Assembly: GCA_011772645.1 (NCBI GenBank)
Contig: WVZE01000036.1
Location: 48,726-112,725 of the forward strand
DNA from: Candidatus Aenigmatarchaeota archaeon
GTDB lineage: Archaea; Aenigmatarchaeota; Aenigmatarchaeia; QMZP01; QMZT01
DNA: 64,000 nucleotides
Direction: 5' to 3'
Made by a program: the position numbers and the translations under genes. Every line of letters begins with the position of its first letter. The first letter of the stretch is position 1. Shown here in pieces: positions 1 to 10,908 of this stretch. The notes under the pieces were generated by a model. It was not told the DNA's origin and did not search any database. It saw nothing but the letters and a program-made list of their open reading frames with translations.

Positions 1-120
1 AAGCAAAGTTGTGTCCCTCGTGACAGGGCATGGATTGAAAACCCCCAAGACTGACATCCCGGGAAGGGAGATAAGGATTTCGAAAGATCCCGGGGTTCTG
101 AAGGGGATTTTCGGGTAACG

Positions 121-128
121 TTTATAAA
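121..128 (+). promoter_or_regulatory. TATA-box-like element TTTATAAA upstream of the S15 gene
   Basis: Perfect TTTATAAA in the AT-rich stretch about 135 nt upstream of the S15 start. The distance is long, so a leader or small RNA may lie between. Confidence 0.3.
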
Positions 129-264
129 CATTCCCCTTTATTATAATCATAAGAACAGGTCAGTGAGAGCTAACTTGTATCTCCAGAGGGCTTGTTCTAA
201 AATTTCGAAAGAAGCACACTTCGTATGCTTCAATGAAGAACGGTAAGGTGAAAATATCGCACGA

Positions 265-708
265 ATGCATTCAAGGAAGAAAGGGAAATCGAGTTCGAAA
301 AAACCGATAAAGAAGGAAGCTAAATGGGTAGAGTACAAACCGAAAGAAGTCGAGGATCTCGTGATAAAATACGCGAAGCAGGGTTTCCAGAGCGCGAATA
401 TAGGTATCGTTCTTCGAGATCAGTACGGAATCCCGTCCGTGAAGCTCGTTACGAAAAAGACGGTGAGCCAGATCCTTAAGGACAACGATCTCTATTCGAA
501 ACTCCCGGAAGACCTCTTCAACCTCCTGAAACGGGCGGTCGAACTCCGCGTTCACATGGAGAAGAACAAGAAGGACTATCAATCCTACAGGGGTCTGGAG
601 TTAACCGAGTCCAAGATCCGGAGGCTCGCGAAGTATTACATCAGAAAGGGCTCGCTCCCGAAGGGCTGGAAGTACGATCCTGAGCAGGCTAAGCTGCTTA
701 TCAGGTAG
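265..708 (+). CDS. rps15: 30S ribosomal protein S15 (uS15/S13e)
   Basis: 147-aa ORF with a basic N-terminus. The motifs KWVEY, ...GIPSVKL... and LELTESKIRRLAKYY are typical of archaeal S15. Confidence 0.85.
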   Translation: MHSRKKGKSSSKKPIKKEAKWVEYKPKEVEDLVIKYAKQGFQSANIGIVLRDQYGIPSVKLVTKKTVSQILKDNDLYSKLPEDLFNLLKRAVELRVHMEKNKKDYQSYRGLELTESKIRRLAKYYIRKGSLPKGWKYDPEQAKLLIR

Positions 709-1917
709 TTATTTATTGTAATTTTCTTTTACATATTCCTCGAGCTTGTTGAATGATTCCTCCAGGGTTTCGAGGGGTGGGAGGAAGACTATTCGGAGGT
801 GATCGGGCTTGGGGTAGCCGAACCCCGTCCCGAAAACCGTTAGGATCTGTTTCTTTCTCAAAAGATCGAGGACGAATTCCCTGTCGTCCTTCACTCCAAG
901 ATCGAACTTGGGGAAGGCGTAAAAGGCTCCTTTCGGTTTCACGCAGGAGAAGCCTTCGATCTCGTTAAGCCTCTTGTACAGGAGATCTCTTCTTTTTTGG
1001 AGTTTTGAAACCATCTCCGGTATGTGATCCTGCGGACCTTCCAAAGCGGGCTTTATCGCGTACTGGAAGGGACCGGGAGCGGAGAGTCTCGCTCTAGCCA
1101 TCTTGAAAACCGCTTCCTTGAATCCGCTTATTTCGTCTTTAATTCCTGTGAACACCGACCACCCGACACGCCATCCGGGACAGATATAGTTCTTTGAAAG
1201 TCCGTTAAAGGTTACGACCGGCATGTCATCCGTCAGGGACGCGAGTGGCGTGTGTCTCTCCCCGTCGAACAGGATCTTGTTGTAGATTTCATCTGTGAAA
1301 ATCACGAGGGAATGCTCGTTCGCGAGGTCTATTATTTCCTCCAGCGTATTCCTGTCGTACATCGAGCCTGTCGGGTTGTTGGGGTTTATCAGAACTATTC
1401 CCCTTGTCTTGTCGTTTATTTTCTTTTTAATATCGTCCAGGTCTGGCTGCCAGCCGTTTTCTTCATTGGTCATGTACTGGTTTGGAACAGCGTTTATCTT
1501 GTGAACCACGGCGAGATAAATAGGATAGGTGGGAATGGGTGTGAGGATATTCTCTCCTGGGTTTACCAGGGCGTTGAGAACGAGTTCTATCCCCTCGCTC
1601 ACCCCTGTCGTGACAAGAACATCGTCTGTTGTGACGCCCTTTATGCCGAGTCTTTCCTGTTCCTTGGCTATCGATTCTCTCGCCTCGGTGACGCCCATGG
1701 AATTTGCGTAGTTGCTCTTGTTCTCGAGCATCGCTTTGTTCACTGCGCGTATCATATGTTCCGGGGTCTGGAAATCGAAGACATTTGGATCGCCTATGTT
1801 CAGGTGGAGAATTTTTTTGCCCTGTTTTTCCAGCTTCGTGGACTCGACCACCACGTCGCGTATCGCATACGTGATCTTCTCCGTTCTTTTCGCAGGAGTT
1901 ATTTTCATGCAGATCAA
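709..1917 (-). CDS. PLP-dependent class I aminotransferase (aspartate/alanine aminotransferase family)
   Basis: 402-aa ORF with NPNNPTGSMY and the SKNY...PGWRVGW lysine region typical of fold-type I aminotransferases. Confidence 0.8.
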   Translation of the reverse strand: MICMKITPAKRTEKITYAIRDVVVESTKLEKQGKKILHLNIGDPNVFDFQTPEHMIRAVNKAMLENKSNYANSMGVTEARESIAKEQERLGIKGVTTDDVLVTTGVSEGIELVLNALVNPGENILTPIPTYPIYLAVVHKINAVPNQYMTNEENGWQPDLDDIKKKINDKTRGIVLINPNNPTGSMYDRNTLEEIIDLANEHSLVIFTDEIYNKILFDGERHTPLASLTDDMPVVTFNGLSKNYICPGWRVGWSVFTGIKDEISGFKEAVFKMARARLSAPGPFQYAIKPALEGPQDHIPEMVSKLQKRRDLLYKRLNEIEGFSCVKPKGAFYAFPKFDLGVKDDREFVLDLLRKKQILTVFGTGFGYPKPDHLRIVFLPPLETLEESFNKLEEYVKENYNK

Positions 1918-1945
1918 TAACCTTATTTGAAAAGGTAACTTAAAT

Positions 1946-2584
1946 CTATTCCCACACGAACTGGAATCCTTTCGGGATTCTTTTTCTTTCCTCCTTCAGC
2001 CTCCAGTAGGACATTATGAGCAATCCCGTTATTATCCCTCCCACGTGTCCGAAGTTCGCTATTCCCGGCTGGAGACTGAGAACCCCAAGGAAGGTTTCCT
2101 CTATCAGAAGGAAGATTATGAGGACAGCGGCAGGTAACGGGATCAATCCGAAAATGTATACCCACTGCCTCGGATACTTGAAGGCGTACGCAGCGAGAAC
2201 GCCGAACACGGCTCCTGAAGCCCCGAGAAGTCCTATGCCCATTTCCCCCATCATCAGCATCATCATTAATATGTAGAAGATCGCGGATCCTATTCCTGAG
2301 ATCATGTAAACTATTAGGAACCTGTTTCTTCCGAGTGTTTGTTCCAAGGGGAAGCCGAATATCGCGAGAACGAACATGTTCAAAACGATGTGCATGATTC
2401 CTCCGTGAAGGAACATGTAACTCACGAACTGGTAATAGTGACCGGAAAGGGCGAGGGAGGGGGTGAGGGAAAGTATATCCGTGAACAGAGGGAAGAATAT
2501 CTGGACTACAAAGAAGGCGAGGTTTACCAGGATAATGTAGAATGTCAGGGACTCCTTAAAGTTATAACCCCTCCGAATAATCAT
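1946..2584 (-). CDS. rhomboid-family intramembrane serine protease
   Basis: Polytopic membrane protein with GASGAVFG (catalytic Ser) and a GHVGG histidine helix. Confidence 0.7.
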   Translation of the reverse strand: MIIRRGYNFKESLTFYIILVNLAFFVVQIFFPLFTDILSLTPSLALSGHYYQFVSYMFLHGGIMHIVLNMFVLAIFGFPLEQTLGRNRFLIVYMISGIGSAIFYILMMMLMMGEMGIGLLGASGAVFGVLAAYAFKYPRQWVYIFGLIPLPAAVLIIFLLIEETFLGVLSLQPGIANFGHVGGIITGLLIMSYWRLKEERKRIPKGFQFVWE

Positions 2585-2663
2585 GTTAGCACCATTCTGA
2601 TTTTATCTTTAAATTCCCCGAACTGGTTTATAAATGTGATTCCCGGGAATTCAATATCCCGGT

Positions 2664-3620
2664 TCAGATAATGGCCTGGTCCATGTCGAGTATGTCCGGG
2701 GAGTGGGTTATGGAACCGATCGAGATTATGTCAACTCCTGTTTTTGCGTATTCTCCTATGTTATCGTCATTGATCCTTCCGGAGGCCTCCAGGAGGACGT
2801 AGCGGTAAAGATCCTTTGCTTTGAGCTCCCTGACTGTTTCCTTTATTCCCCTGGGAGCCATGTTGTCAAGCATGATTACGCAGGGGAATGTCCCCGGCTT
2901 TGACTGTAGTCTTCTGAATTCCCTGGCAGCTCTGAGGGCCTCCCCCCTGCTCTCCACCTCTATCTCTATGAAGAGGGATTTTCCCTTGTCCTTCCAAGCC
3001 CTCTTGAGGGCCTCTTCGATGTAGTCCTTCCTGTGTCCGGATTCCTTCAGCCTTTCGAGATGGTTGTCCTTTATCATTATGGATTCGGACAGCCCCAGGC
3101 GGTGGGCCAGCCCGCCGCCAAGGCAGACGGCCTTCTTGTCCAGCAACTGCCAGTGTGTCTTCCGTGTGGCAGCAATGAAAACTTTTTCTTTCCTCGTTTT
3201 CTCGACGAGCCTCCTGGTCGCCGTTGCGATGCCGCTCATCCTCTGCAGAATCTTCAGGCCTGTCCTCTCGGTCTCCATGAGCAGTTTTCCAGGACCGGAA
3301 AGTTCGATTATGGCTTCTCCCTTCTTCACGGATTCCCCGTCCTTTTTGCGCGGCCTGGCCCTTATGCCGTGCTTCCCGTAGAACCACATGGCCTCCTCGA
3401 TTCCTGCGATAAGGCCTTCACCCCCTGATCTGATAACCGACCTGAAAGGCCTTGTCTTTCTCCCGAAAAGTGATTGCGTGGTGACGTCCCCCCTGCTTCC
3501 GAGGTCCTGCCTGAGCACATCCGATGTGAATATCCTGACCCATTTCGCGTATTCCCTGTTCTTCAGGTTGAGTTTCTCCACCCTCCAGAATCCCTTCTTT
3601 ACGAGATCTGTCCTATTCAT
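2664..3620 (-). CDS. nadC: nicotinate-nucleotide pyrophosphorylase (quinolinate phosphoribosyltransferase)
   Basis: The C-terminal ...MLDNM...DIISIGSITHS... TIM-barrel motifs of NadC. Lies adjacent to nadA. Confidence 0.8.
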   Translation of the reverse strand: MNRTDLVKKGFWRVEKLNLKNREYAKWVRIFTSDVLRQDLGSRGDVTTQSLFGRKTRPFRSVIRSGGEGLIAGIEEAMWFYGKHGIRARPRKKDGESVKKGEAIIELSGPGKLLMETERTGLKILQRMSGIATATRRLVEKTRKEKVFIAATRKTHWQLLDKKAVCLGGGLAHRLGLSESIMIKDNHLERLKESGHRKDYIEEALKRAWKDKGKSLFIEIEVESRGEALRAAREFRRLQSKPGTFPCVIMLDNMAPRGIKETVRELKAKDLYRYVLLEASGRINDDNIGEYAKTGVDIISIGSITHSPDILDMDQAII

Positions 3621-4523
3621 TCACACAACCTCCAGCATCCTGTCCAGGGCCTTCTTTGCCCTTGTCCTGATGTCTTCAGGGACCGTGACTCTGTGCTGTT
3701 CCTTTTCTAGGGACTCGAGGACGGAATTGAGCGTGGTCTTCTTCATCTGCAAGCAGATGTTCGCGGGTGGCGCGCTCAGAAACGTCCTGCCCGGGAACTC
3801 CATCTTCAGCCTCTCTATCATGCCTATCTCTGTTCCTATTATGAATTTCCTCGAGGTGCTTTTTTTTAAGTGCTCCAGCATGCCGCCCGTGCTGAAAATA
3901 TTGTCCGCCAGGTCTATGACCTCTGGCCTGCATTCGGGATGAACGACAACCTCTGCGTCAGGATGGATTCCCTTGGATCGCCTGAGCATTCCGGCCGAGA
4001 ATTTATCGTGAACGTAACACCACCCCTTACAGGGGATAATGTTTTTCTTGGTGTGCCTCGAGACGTAGTTAGCGAGGTTATGATCAGGCACGAAGATGAC
4101 GTCCTTCTCGTCCAGGGAATTGACCACCTTGACGGCGTTCGAACTCGTGCAGCATATGTCTGACTCTGCCTTCACCCCTGCGCTAGTGTTAACGTAACTG
4201 ACCACGGCGGCCTCGGGGTGCTTGCCCTTCAATTTCCTCATATCCTCAACGCTAACCATGGCAGCCATGGGGCAGCGGGCCTCTATCTCAGGAAGCAGGG
4301 TGGTCTTGCCGGGGCTCAGTATGTGGGCGCACTCTGCCATGAAGTCAACGCCGCAGAAAACTATCATCTCAGCTCCTGTTTCCGAGGCCTTCTTGCTGAG
4401 GCCGAAAGAATCTCCTATGTGATCAGCTATCCTGTATATCTCGGGCCTCTGGTAGTTGTGGACTAGGATTACGGCCCCTCTCTCTTCCTTGAGAGTTCTT
4501 ATCCTGCCTATCAAATCTTTCAT
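3621..4523 (-). CDS. nadA: quinolinate synthase A
   Basis: 300-aa ORF with VILVHNYQ and the three conserved Cys regions of NadA. Confidence 0.85.
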   Translation of the reverse strand: MKDLIGRIRTLKEERGAVILVHNYQRPEIYRIADHIGDSFGLSKKASETGAEMIVFCGVDFMAECAHILSPGKTTLLPEIEARCPMAAMVSVEDMRKLKGKHPEAAVVSYVNTSAGVKAESDICCTSSNAVKVVNSLDEKDVIFVPDHNLANYVSRHTKKNIIPCKGWCYVHDKFSAGMLRRSKGIHPDAEVVVHPECRPEVIDLADNIFSTGGMLEHLKKSTSRKFIIGTEIGMIERLKMEFPGRTFLSAPPANICLQMKKTTLNSVLESLEKEQHRVTVPEDIRTRAKKALDRMLEVV

Positions 4524-4555
4524 GCAACCATCACATAAAGAATTACACTTTTTTA

Positions 4556-5212
4556 TTAAAAAGGATTATGTTGTCCCTTATAGTAATCGCAGATTCTCGT
4601 TAGCGAACATTCCGGACACTTCGGTCGAATTGGGTTGCATATCTCCTGACCGAATTTCACGAGACCGATATTAACGACAAACCGATCTCTTCCGGGAATT
4701 AGGGATTCCAGGGTCTTTCGGACGTCCTCCACGTTCTTTTCGCTGGAAACGAACCCTATCCTTTTCGATATCCTGTTCACGTGCGTGTCGACCGCGATGG
4801 TGGGGATTCCGAAACCGTAGGAAAGCGTTATATCAGCGGTTTTGAATCCCACGCCGGGGAGTTCCATTAGTTCCTCCCTGTTATCAGGGATTTTCCCTTT
4901 GTATTTCTTCAGGATTATTCTTGAGATCTCTCTTATCCTCTTCGCCTTCTGCCTGTAGGGGCCTGAAACCCTTATTAGTTTTCTTAATTCCCTCTCCGGA
5001 AGTTTCGCTATCTTCTCGGGCGTGTCCGCTACCGAGAACAAACGCTCGCTCGCCCTCGCTGTGTTCTGATCCTTCGTCCTCTGGGAGAGGACGCAGGAAA
5101 TAAGGGTCTGGAATACGCTTCTCTTCCTGTGTTTTTCCACCCTTGCTGAATACCTTTCCTTCAGGAATTTTACGAGCGTTTCCGCTTTCTCTTTCCTGTT
5201 AATTGAAATCAC
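4556..5212 (-). CDS. nth: endonuclease III (HhH-GPD DNA glycosylase with [4Fe-4S] cluster)
   Basis: LSQRT.D, helix-hairpin-helix LPGVG.KTA, and a C-terminal CxxxxxxCxxCxxxxxC cluster loop. Confidence 0.85.
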   Translation of the reverse strand: MISINRKEKAETLVKFLKERYSARVEKHRKRSVFQTLISCVLSQRTKDQNTARASERLFSVADTPEKIAKLPERELRKLIRVSGPYRQKAKRIREISRIILKKYKGKIPDNREELMELPGVGFKTADITLSYGFGIPTIAVDTHVNRISKRIGFVSSEKNVEDVRKTLESLIPGRDRFVVNIGLVKFGQEICNPIRPKCPECSLTRICDYYKGQHNPF

Positions 5213-6404
5213 CCAGTCTTCTCTGGCGGAGGATCCTGCTCTTCCTGATGAATTCCGTTATGTTCAACCTCAGCTTGGAATCTATATGTTTCAGAGCGTC
5301 TCTCAGGGTTTCAAACCTCGAGGGCTTTGAGAGGAACGCGTTCCTGGCTGTCTCCCGGACCACCCATACCCCTAACGGGATCGTATACCCCTCGTGAATC
5401 TCCCGGAATCCCACCACGCGCGCCTGTTTCCCTATGCGATTGAGATATTCGATCACGGCGAGCCTGCTCGCGTAGTATCCGCCTGCCTGGAGGTTCGCGT
5501 ACTTCGTTCGTCCGTGGAAGGGCTCGTATTCCTCCAGGATTTCGGTCTTTTTCAGATTGAAGGACCAGGTTGATCCCGGGGACCACGCCTCGAAATTCTC
5601 GAACTCCCAGTTCCCCGGCATTAAAAGAAAGGAGAAGTGATTGTCAAGATACTCGCTCGAGAAAACGAAATAATCGTTTATCTGTTTCTGCTCCTTCACC
5701 TTTTTGACAAGCCTTTTGAATATGATATCATCCGTTGCGGTGATCGACCATCTTGTGGGGACGAGCTTCCTGCTTTTCTCAAGGCCGAGAATTCCCGAGG
5801 AGAGGATGTTCGAAACCTTGTAAACGTCTTTTGCTTGCTTGTACAGCAAGAAGCCTGCCTCCTCTGCCTTCAGCTCGTCATTAACGACCCTTTCGGTCTT
5901 CCTCGGTATAACCGGATTCTCCGTTATCCTCATTTTCTTCAGGGAAGCGGAAGGCCCCATCGGCTGAACGATGTCGGAGTATTCGAAAGAGATCGTGGGT
6001 TTCTTCTTGAATTCGAGCTCCACATCAGTCGGTTTCTTCGCGAGAGCGAGTTCCTGCGTGTTCTCCACGAACCGGGACCTTGAAAATACGTTCTCCCTCT
6101 GTTTCGAGCGCAGAACGAAGGAACGCATCTCTATGATGTTCGAATATGGTTTCCCGAACCAACTCCGGGGGGAATCGATGGTCTCGAGGTGGTCGGAATC
6201 CAGGGAGGCGAGAGGTCCGACATAAACGTTCGGGTAGAAGTTATGCCCGATAAAAACAGAGGTGGAAGGCCCGAAGAATTCGTTTCCTATCCTCTCCTTT
6301 ATCTTTGGAATTACCCTCTTTCTCGATAGTAACGGACAAACCCTCCATCCACACAACCTACGAGAGCCCTTACATAACAGACACAAGCGGGCAGGAGAAA
6401 CCAT
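5199..6404 (-). CDS. NreA-like archaeal DNA-repair-associated protein (N-terminal C4 zinc finger)
   Basis: 401-aa ORF beginning CLLCKGSRRLCGWRVCP, as in the archaeal Nre family. It overlaps the nth gene by 14 nt. Family assignment is from memory of the N-terminal motif only. Confidence 0.45.
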   Translation of the reverse strand: MVSPARLCLLCKGSRRLCGWRVCPLLSRKRVIPKIKERIGNEFFGPSTSVFIGHNFYPNVYVGPLASLDSDHLETIDSPRSWFGKPYSNIIEMRSFVLRSKQRENVFSRSRFVENTQELALAKKPTDVELEFKKKPTISFEYSDIVQPMGPSASLKKMRITENPVIPRKTERVVNDELKAEEAGFLLYKQAKDVYKVSNILSSGILGLEKSRKLVPTRWSITATDDIIFKRLVKKVKEQKQINDYFVFSSEYLDNHFSFLLMPGNWEFENFEAWSPGSTWSFNLKKTEILEEYEPFHGRTKYANLQAGGYYASRLAVIEYLNRIGKQARVVGFREIHEGYTIPLGVWVVRETARNAFLSKPSRFETLRDALKHIDSKLRLNITEFIRKSRILRQRRLGDFN

Positions 6405-6554
6405 GCAAATCGCCTCGCTAAAGGATTGATTTTTATAGTTATATATTCAAACTTTCCGTATAAAATTCAAAAAGTATTTAAACTACCGTTAATAAATAAA
6501 TTAGGAAAAAAGAGGCGGTTTCTAACAGCGGTGGTTATAGACAAGAAGAGAGTG

Positions 6555-7355
6555 TCAATCTAAATTACAATTTGGGACAATAAATATCAAATTTTGTAAA
6601 AGTCTATCATTCGGGAATTTCCCGTGGTATTCATCCCAAGCGGAGAAACTTTCTACATCCCAACCGTTATCAACAAATACAGTTCCAGATAATTTGTCAT
6701 CCGGAAGGAAATGTTCAGTTCTAATTTCAATGCATTTGTCCCCTTTCTTTTTAATATCACCAGAAATTGAATTTACAAAACCATCGAAACAGACCGTTAA
6801 TTTAAAATTTTCCAATTTATTATTACCAGAATTTATAGCCTCGATGGTTTTTTCGTAACATTCTGGACAACCCTTTGCTGTTTTATCGATACCACTACAA
6901 AATTGATACGTTCTGCCACCAGTTGTATACAATTTATAAAAGAAAAGGAAAAAACAATTATACTGCTCTATACTACCATTCCTATAAACAAAATTCCATT
7001 CATCTACTAAACCTACGTCTGCAATGGTACTGCCATCAATCTCCAAACTTATATCTGGTTCCCTTCCTATATCCTTATTCAAAACTATTATCATTTCATC
7101 ACCTGAATGAAAATTATAATGAAAACCATATAGTCCTGAAGGTAATTTACTAATGTTAACGAGCTCTTCCTCACCAGGCATTCTAAAGATATGGTTTAAT
7201 GTAACAGTAACATCAGAGTATTTTCCAAATAAATAGATGTTGACAAAATCCGTTATCGTATCCCCTGTAATAGCATTTATGAAGATGCCTGAAAGGTTTC
7301 CAACTAAGAAAATTAAAATGACAATAAAAACCTTTCTCTTGTTAGGAAGTCTCAT
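6555..7355 (-). CDS. hypothetical membrane-anchored secreted protein (AT-rich island)
   Basis: 266-aa ORF with an N-terminal hydrophobic anchor and low-GC codon usage unlike its neighbours. Confidence 0.4.
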   Translation of the reverse strand: MRLPNKRKVFIVILIFLVGNLSGIFINAITGDTITDFVNIYLFGKYSDVTVTLNHIFRMPGEEELVNISKLPSGLYGFHYNFHSGDEMIIVLNKDIGREPDISLEIDGSTIADVGLVDEWNFVYRNGSIEQYNCFFLFFYKLYTTGGRTYQFCSGIDKTAKGCPECYEKTIEAINSGNNKLENFKLTVCFDGFVNSISGDIKKKGDKCIEIRTEHFLPDDKLSGTVFVDNGWDVESFSAWDEYHGKFPNDRLLQNLIFIVPNCNLD

Positions 7356-7363
7356 TCAAACCA

Positions 7364-7672
7364 TCACCAGAATTTAAACCAACTTCTCCCCTTCCAGTAG
7401 AATTTTCTTCCCTTAACTAATGCCCATTTTTCATTTTGTGTTAGCTGCTTAATTTCTTTCTCCAATCTCCGGGCTTCCGACCTAGTCCGACACTTTTGCT
7501 TCCAAGCAAGTCTTACGTAGTCAAATCTTCCGGTATACCTTTCTGTATCTCTGTATATGACATTCTCAATGTGTTCAGAAAGTCTTGCAGAAATATCATT
7601 CGTCTGTCCGGTGTAAAAGTTTGTGAATCTTCTCCTCTTATAACACTTGAGAAGATATACCCAGTAAGGCAT
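7364..7672 (-). CDS. GIY-YIG domain nuclease-like protein
   Basis: The N-terminus VYLLKC...FYTGQTND...RLSEH matches the GIY-YIG motif. The gene is AT-rich. Confidence 0.6.
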   Translation of the reverse strand: MPYWVYLLKCYKRRRFTNFYTGQTNDISARLSEHIENVIYRDTERYTGRFDYVRLAWKQKCRTRSEARRLEKEIKQLTQNEKWALVKGRKFYWKGRSWFKFW

Positions 7673-7761
7673 TCAATCCTCTCCAATTAAAAATTCGAGA
7701 AAGGTTTTAAAAGGGTATGTTTAAACCAAAGCTCTTAAATCAATAAAGCTAAAAATTAAAT

Positions 7762-10700
7762 ATGAGAGTGTTAGTCTTGGCTCTCGTTGTTATTTTCATT
7801 GCATTATTTTTAGCTACATATCCGCAACCGAATTTAACAGGAATGGTTACAATTTCTGTCTTGCCTGATGGCTCAAATTCAAAAAATCTAACATTTACTA
7901 AGGCTGGGGATCAGATTGTTTACTTACTAATACCAAAAAATGCCAATGTTATAAACGCAAATTTGAATGTAAGTGGATTAATTGGATATGCTTTTTATGG
8001 TATTGAAAATGGCGGTTTTGAGACAGGAAATAGTTTGGGATGGATAAATAGTCGTGAAGATGGATGGAGTTCAAATAATGCACCAGAAGGTAGTTGCTAT
8101 AATACTTGGGGATATAAGGCAAGCACGGTCCAGAAACACTCTGGTAATTATTCATGGTGGATGTCTTTAAGTGGCCAAGCCAACACTGCTCTGTCTATAA
8201 AGAAAGATATAACAATCGATCAAATTAATACTCAATTGTCTTACTGGAGATATTTGTATATATATGGATGTTCATTGATTAATTTTTACGTATACCTTAA
8301 CCATCCTAATGGAGCACACATAGCTACATTAGAGCACTTTGATGGGTATACGGGTCTAGTTAATTGGACTAGAAAAACTTATAATATAAAAGACTACACC
8401 AATAAAGACAAAGTCCAAATCGAATTTAAAATATCTTCTGGTAACTGTATCTCTATAGGTTGTCATCAAGTATACATAGACGATGTTGAGATTGGTGGTG
8501 CTGAGGTATATCCGATCAATCCAACTCTTGATATTGGCAACGATGGGGATACTCAATGGTTTCATTCTGGTGAATTTGACACGAGAGAAAAGACACCAAG
8601 CCTTTCAACAGAAATTAACGAATATTTGAGTACATGTGTCCCAGATGCAAACAGAGAATGCTTGGTTCCGTTAGTTTTTCGATCAGAGTCAGCAGGGACA
8701 ATTGAAATTTCTGATATTAATATAACTTACAATCTTGAGGAATGCTCTGACTGGACTCCTTATAATCAATGCTCAGCAACAAAACCAAAATACTGCTCAA
8801 ACGGGACTTTGGTTGATAAATGTTATCTTTGTGATTGTCCTGCCGGCAAAGTGTGCCGTGGTGATGGAACCTGTGTTATTAGCTATTATTTTTGCCAAAA
8901 TGGGGATGTTTATAAAAACTATACAAACTATACTTGCATTAATTCTCAATGCCAAAACATCACCACATCAATTCTTATAGATGATTGTAGCGAGGCAGAT
9001 GAAACTTATTGCAAAGAAGGTATAAGCAGTTGTGTTAGGGACTTGATATTTACTGAAGCTGGAAATCAGATTATCTATATTGATATTCCAAAAAAATCTA
9101 TCGTGAATAATGCAACTTTGAATTTAAGTGGATTGACTATCCCTAGTGAAATTAGTTATTTATGTAATGGGATGGATTGTAAGGCATATTCTGGTAAATA
9201 TCTCCGTACAACGAGTGATTATGGTTGCGGTGATCCAGATGATATTAATTTCACAAATGGTAATGAAATATCTGATTACAACAAAATACAAAGTAATGAT
9301 GGTATTTATGAAACATCTGGACCTATCGTAAGAACACACAATTACGCTTTCACAAAATTTATTTATACACTTGAATATGATACAAGCAGAATTAATAATA
9401 TAACTGTTTATTTTGATGGAGGTGGAGATGCTTCTTGTAGCGGAAGTCATCTATACATTTATAATTTTCCATCAAACACTTACACAAGATATAGAACTAC
9501 AGATAGTTGGTTCGAAACTTATACCAAAGTTTTTGATGATTTATCTCCCATAGTAAATAATTCAAGGAATCTTATTGTAGTTGCAAGGTCTCGTGCGACA
9601 GGACATTACGGTGTAAATTGTGCAGCTTCCAGTCCACCAGGATCGGGTTGTGGAATATCAACAGATATAATTAACGTAACAATAAAGTTAAAAACACTGG
9701 ATACAAATCCTACAAATCCGTTTCTTGAGGTAGGAACACCGGACGGAATTTATGAATGGAGTTATTTAGGAAAATTTTTCACATTGGAAACAACTCCAGA
9801 CTTCTCAGCAGAACTTAACGAACATCTAAGTACCTGCATACCGGATACCGAATTTAATTGCACTATTCCTTTGGTTTTTCATTCAGATTCAATAGGGAGA
9901 ATTGAAATTTTTAACATGAATGTTATGTATGAATATGCCGAGTGTCTTGCTGATTCAGATTGTGATGATGAAAACCTCTGTACAACTGATATTTGTTCTG
10001 AATCCTCCAGAACTTGTTCTAACGAACCAGTAATTCCATGTTGTGGGGATGGTTTATGCGAGTCGAATGAAACGTATTCAAATTGTTGTTTGGATTGTTC
10101 ATGCCCAACTGGATATATATGCCAAAACAATAACTGTATTTCTGAAAGGACTGAAGAGCCAGGAGACGGCTCAGGTACGATAACACCGCCGGGAACTGAA
10201 CCTGAAAAACCATCAATAAACATAACTAAGAAAATTAATGAGATAGTTCCTGGTGAAATGGCAAACATAACAGTGGAAAATAATGAGACGGGTGTCAAGG
10301 AGATATACATAGAGGTAAAAAATCCTGTTAAAGAAATAGATGTAAATATTGTGAAATTCCCACAAAAGCCTGCCCAAGTATTTCATGAAGTTGCAGAAAA
10401 TGTATATGAATACCTTGAATTGAGCATGACCAACGTGACTGATGAAAATATTGAAAAAGCAACAGTGGGTTTCAGGGTGAACAAGACTTGGATTGCGAAG
10501 AACAATATCAACAAAACAACTGTTAAGCTGAATAGGTATTTCAACGGGACTTGGTACGAAATGCCCACTATTCCGAGTGGGGAAAGCCCTGAATTCGTTT
10601 ATTATGAGTCGGATGTCCCTGGATTCTCTATATTCGCGATAACTGGGGAGGAAATAGAAGAACCGAAGATGTGCGTTCCGAACGAAAAGAGATGTTCTGA

Positions 10701-10908
10701 TAATAATCTTGAGCAGTGTGTTACAGATGGAACCGAATTGTCAATTCTGGAGACTTGTGAATATGGATGTAATGATGAGACCCTTTTATGCAACCAGCCA
10801 CCAGTTATTGAAACAGTTATGCTGTATTTCTTCATTTCATCTATTGTGATAGCTGTTATGGTTCTTTATTTAGTCATTAAGAGAAAGCGAGAATTTCTGT
10901 GGAAGTAA
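7762..10908 (+). CDS. large secreted cysteine-rich surface protein with an internally duplicated ~390-aa module and a C-terminal TM anchor
   Basis: 1048-aa ORF with a signal peptide. A two-fold repeat (AGDQIVYLLIPK...NLNVSGL / ...ELNE.LSTC.PD...PLVF.S.S.G.IEI) is followed each time by EGF-like Cys clusters. The C-terminus is a hydrophobic helix plus KRKREF. AT-rich. Confidence 0.6.
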   Translation: MRVLVLALVVIFIALFLATYPQPNLTGMVTISVLPDGSNSKNLTFTKAGDQIVYLLIPKNANVINANLNVSGLIGYAFYGIENGGFETGNSLGWINSREDGWSSNNAPEGSCYNTWGYKASTVQKHSGNYSWWMSLSGQANTALSIKKDITIDQINTQLSYWRYLYIYGCSLINFYVYLNHPNGAHIATLEHFDGYTGLVNWTRKTYNIKDYTNKDKVQIEFKISSGNCISIGCHQVYIDDVEIGGAEVYPINPTLDIGNDGDTQWFHSGEFDTREKTPSLSTEINEYLSTCVPDANRECLVPLVFRSESAGTIEISDINITYNLEECSDWTPYNQCSATKPKYCSNGTLVDKCYLCDCPAGKVCRGDGTCVISYYFCQNGDVYKNYTNYTCINSQCQNITTSILIDDCSEADETYCKEGISSCVRDLIFTEAGNQIIYIDIPKKSIVNNATLNLSGLTIPSEISYLCNGMDCKAYSGKYLRTTSDYGCGDPDDINFTNGNEISDYNKIQSNDGIYETSGPIVRTHNYAFTKFIYTLEYDTSRINNITVYFDGGGDASCSGSHLYIYNFPSNTYTRYRTTDSWFETYTKVFDDLSPIVNNSRNLIVVARSRATGHYGVNCAASSPPGSGCGISTDIINVTIKLKTLDTNPTNPFLEVGTPDGIYEWSYLGKFFTLETTPDFSAELNEHLSTCIPDTEFNCTIPLVFHSDSIGRIEIFNMNVMYEYAECLADSDCDDENLCTTDICSESSRTCSNEPVIPCCGDGLCESNETYSNCCLDCSCPTGYICQNNNCISERTEEPGDGSGTITPPGTEPEKPSINITKKINEIVPGEMANITVENNETGVKEIYIEVKNPVKEIDVNIVKFPQKPAQVFHEVAENVYEYLELSMTNVTDENIEKATVGFRVNKTWIAKNNINKTTVKLNRYFNGTWYEMPTIPSGESPEFVYYESDVPGFSIFAITGEEIEEPKMCVPNEKRCSDNNLEQCVTDGTELSILETCEYGCNDETLLCNQPPVIETVMLYFFISSIVIAVMVLYLVIKRKREFLWK

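Noticed and set aside
2866-3428. ORFs 2866-3387 (-) and 3033-3428 (+) inside nadC
   Set aside because: These are alternative-frame ORFs of a GC-rich gene. Only the nadC frame has recognisable motifs.
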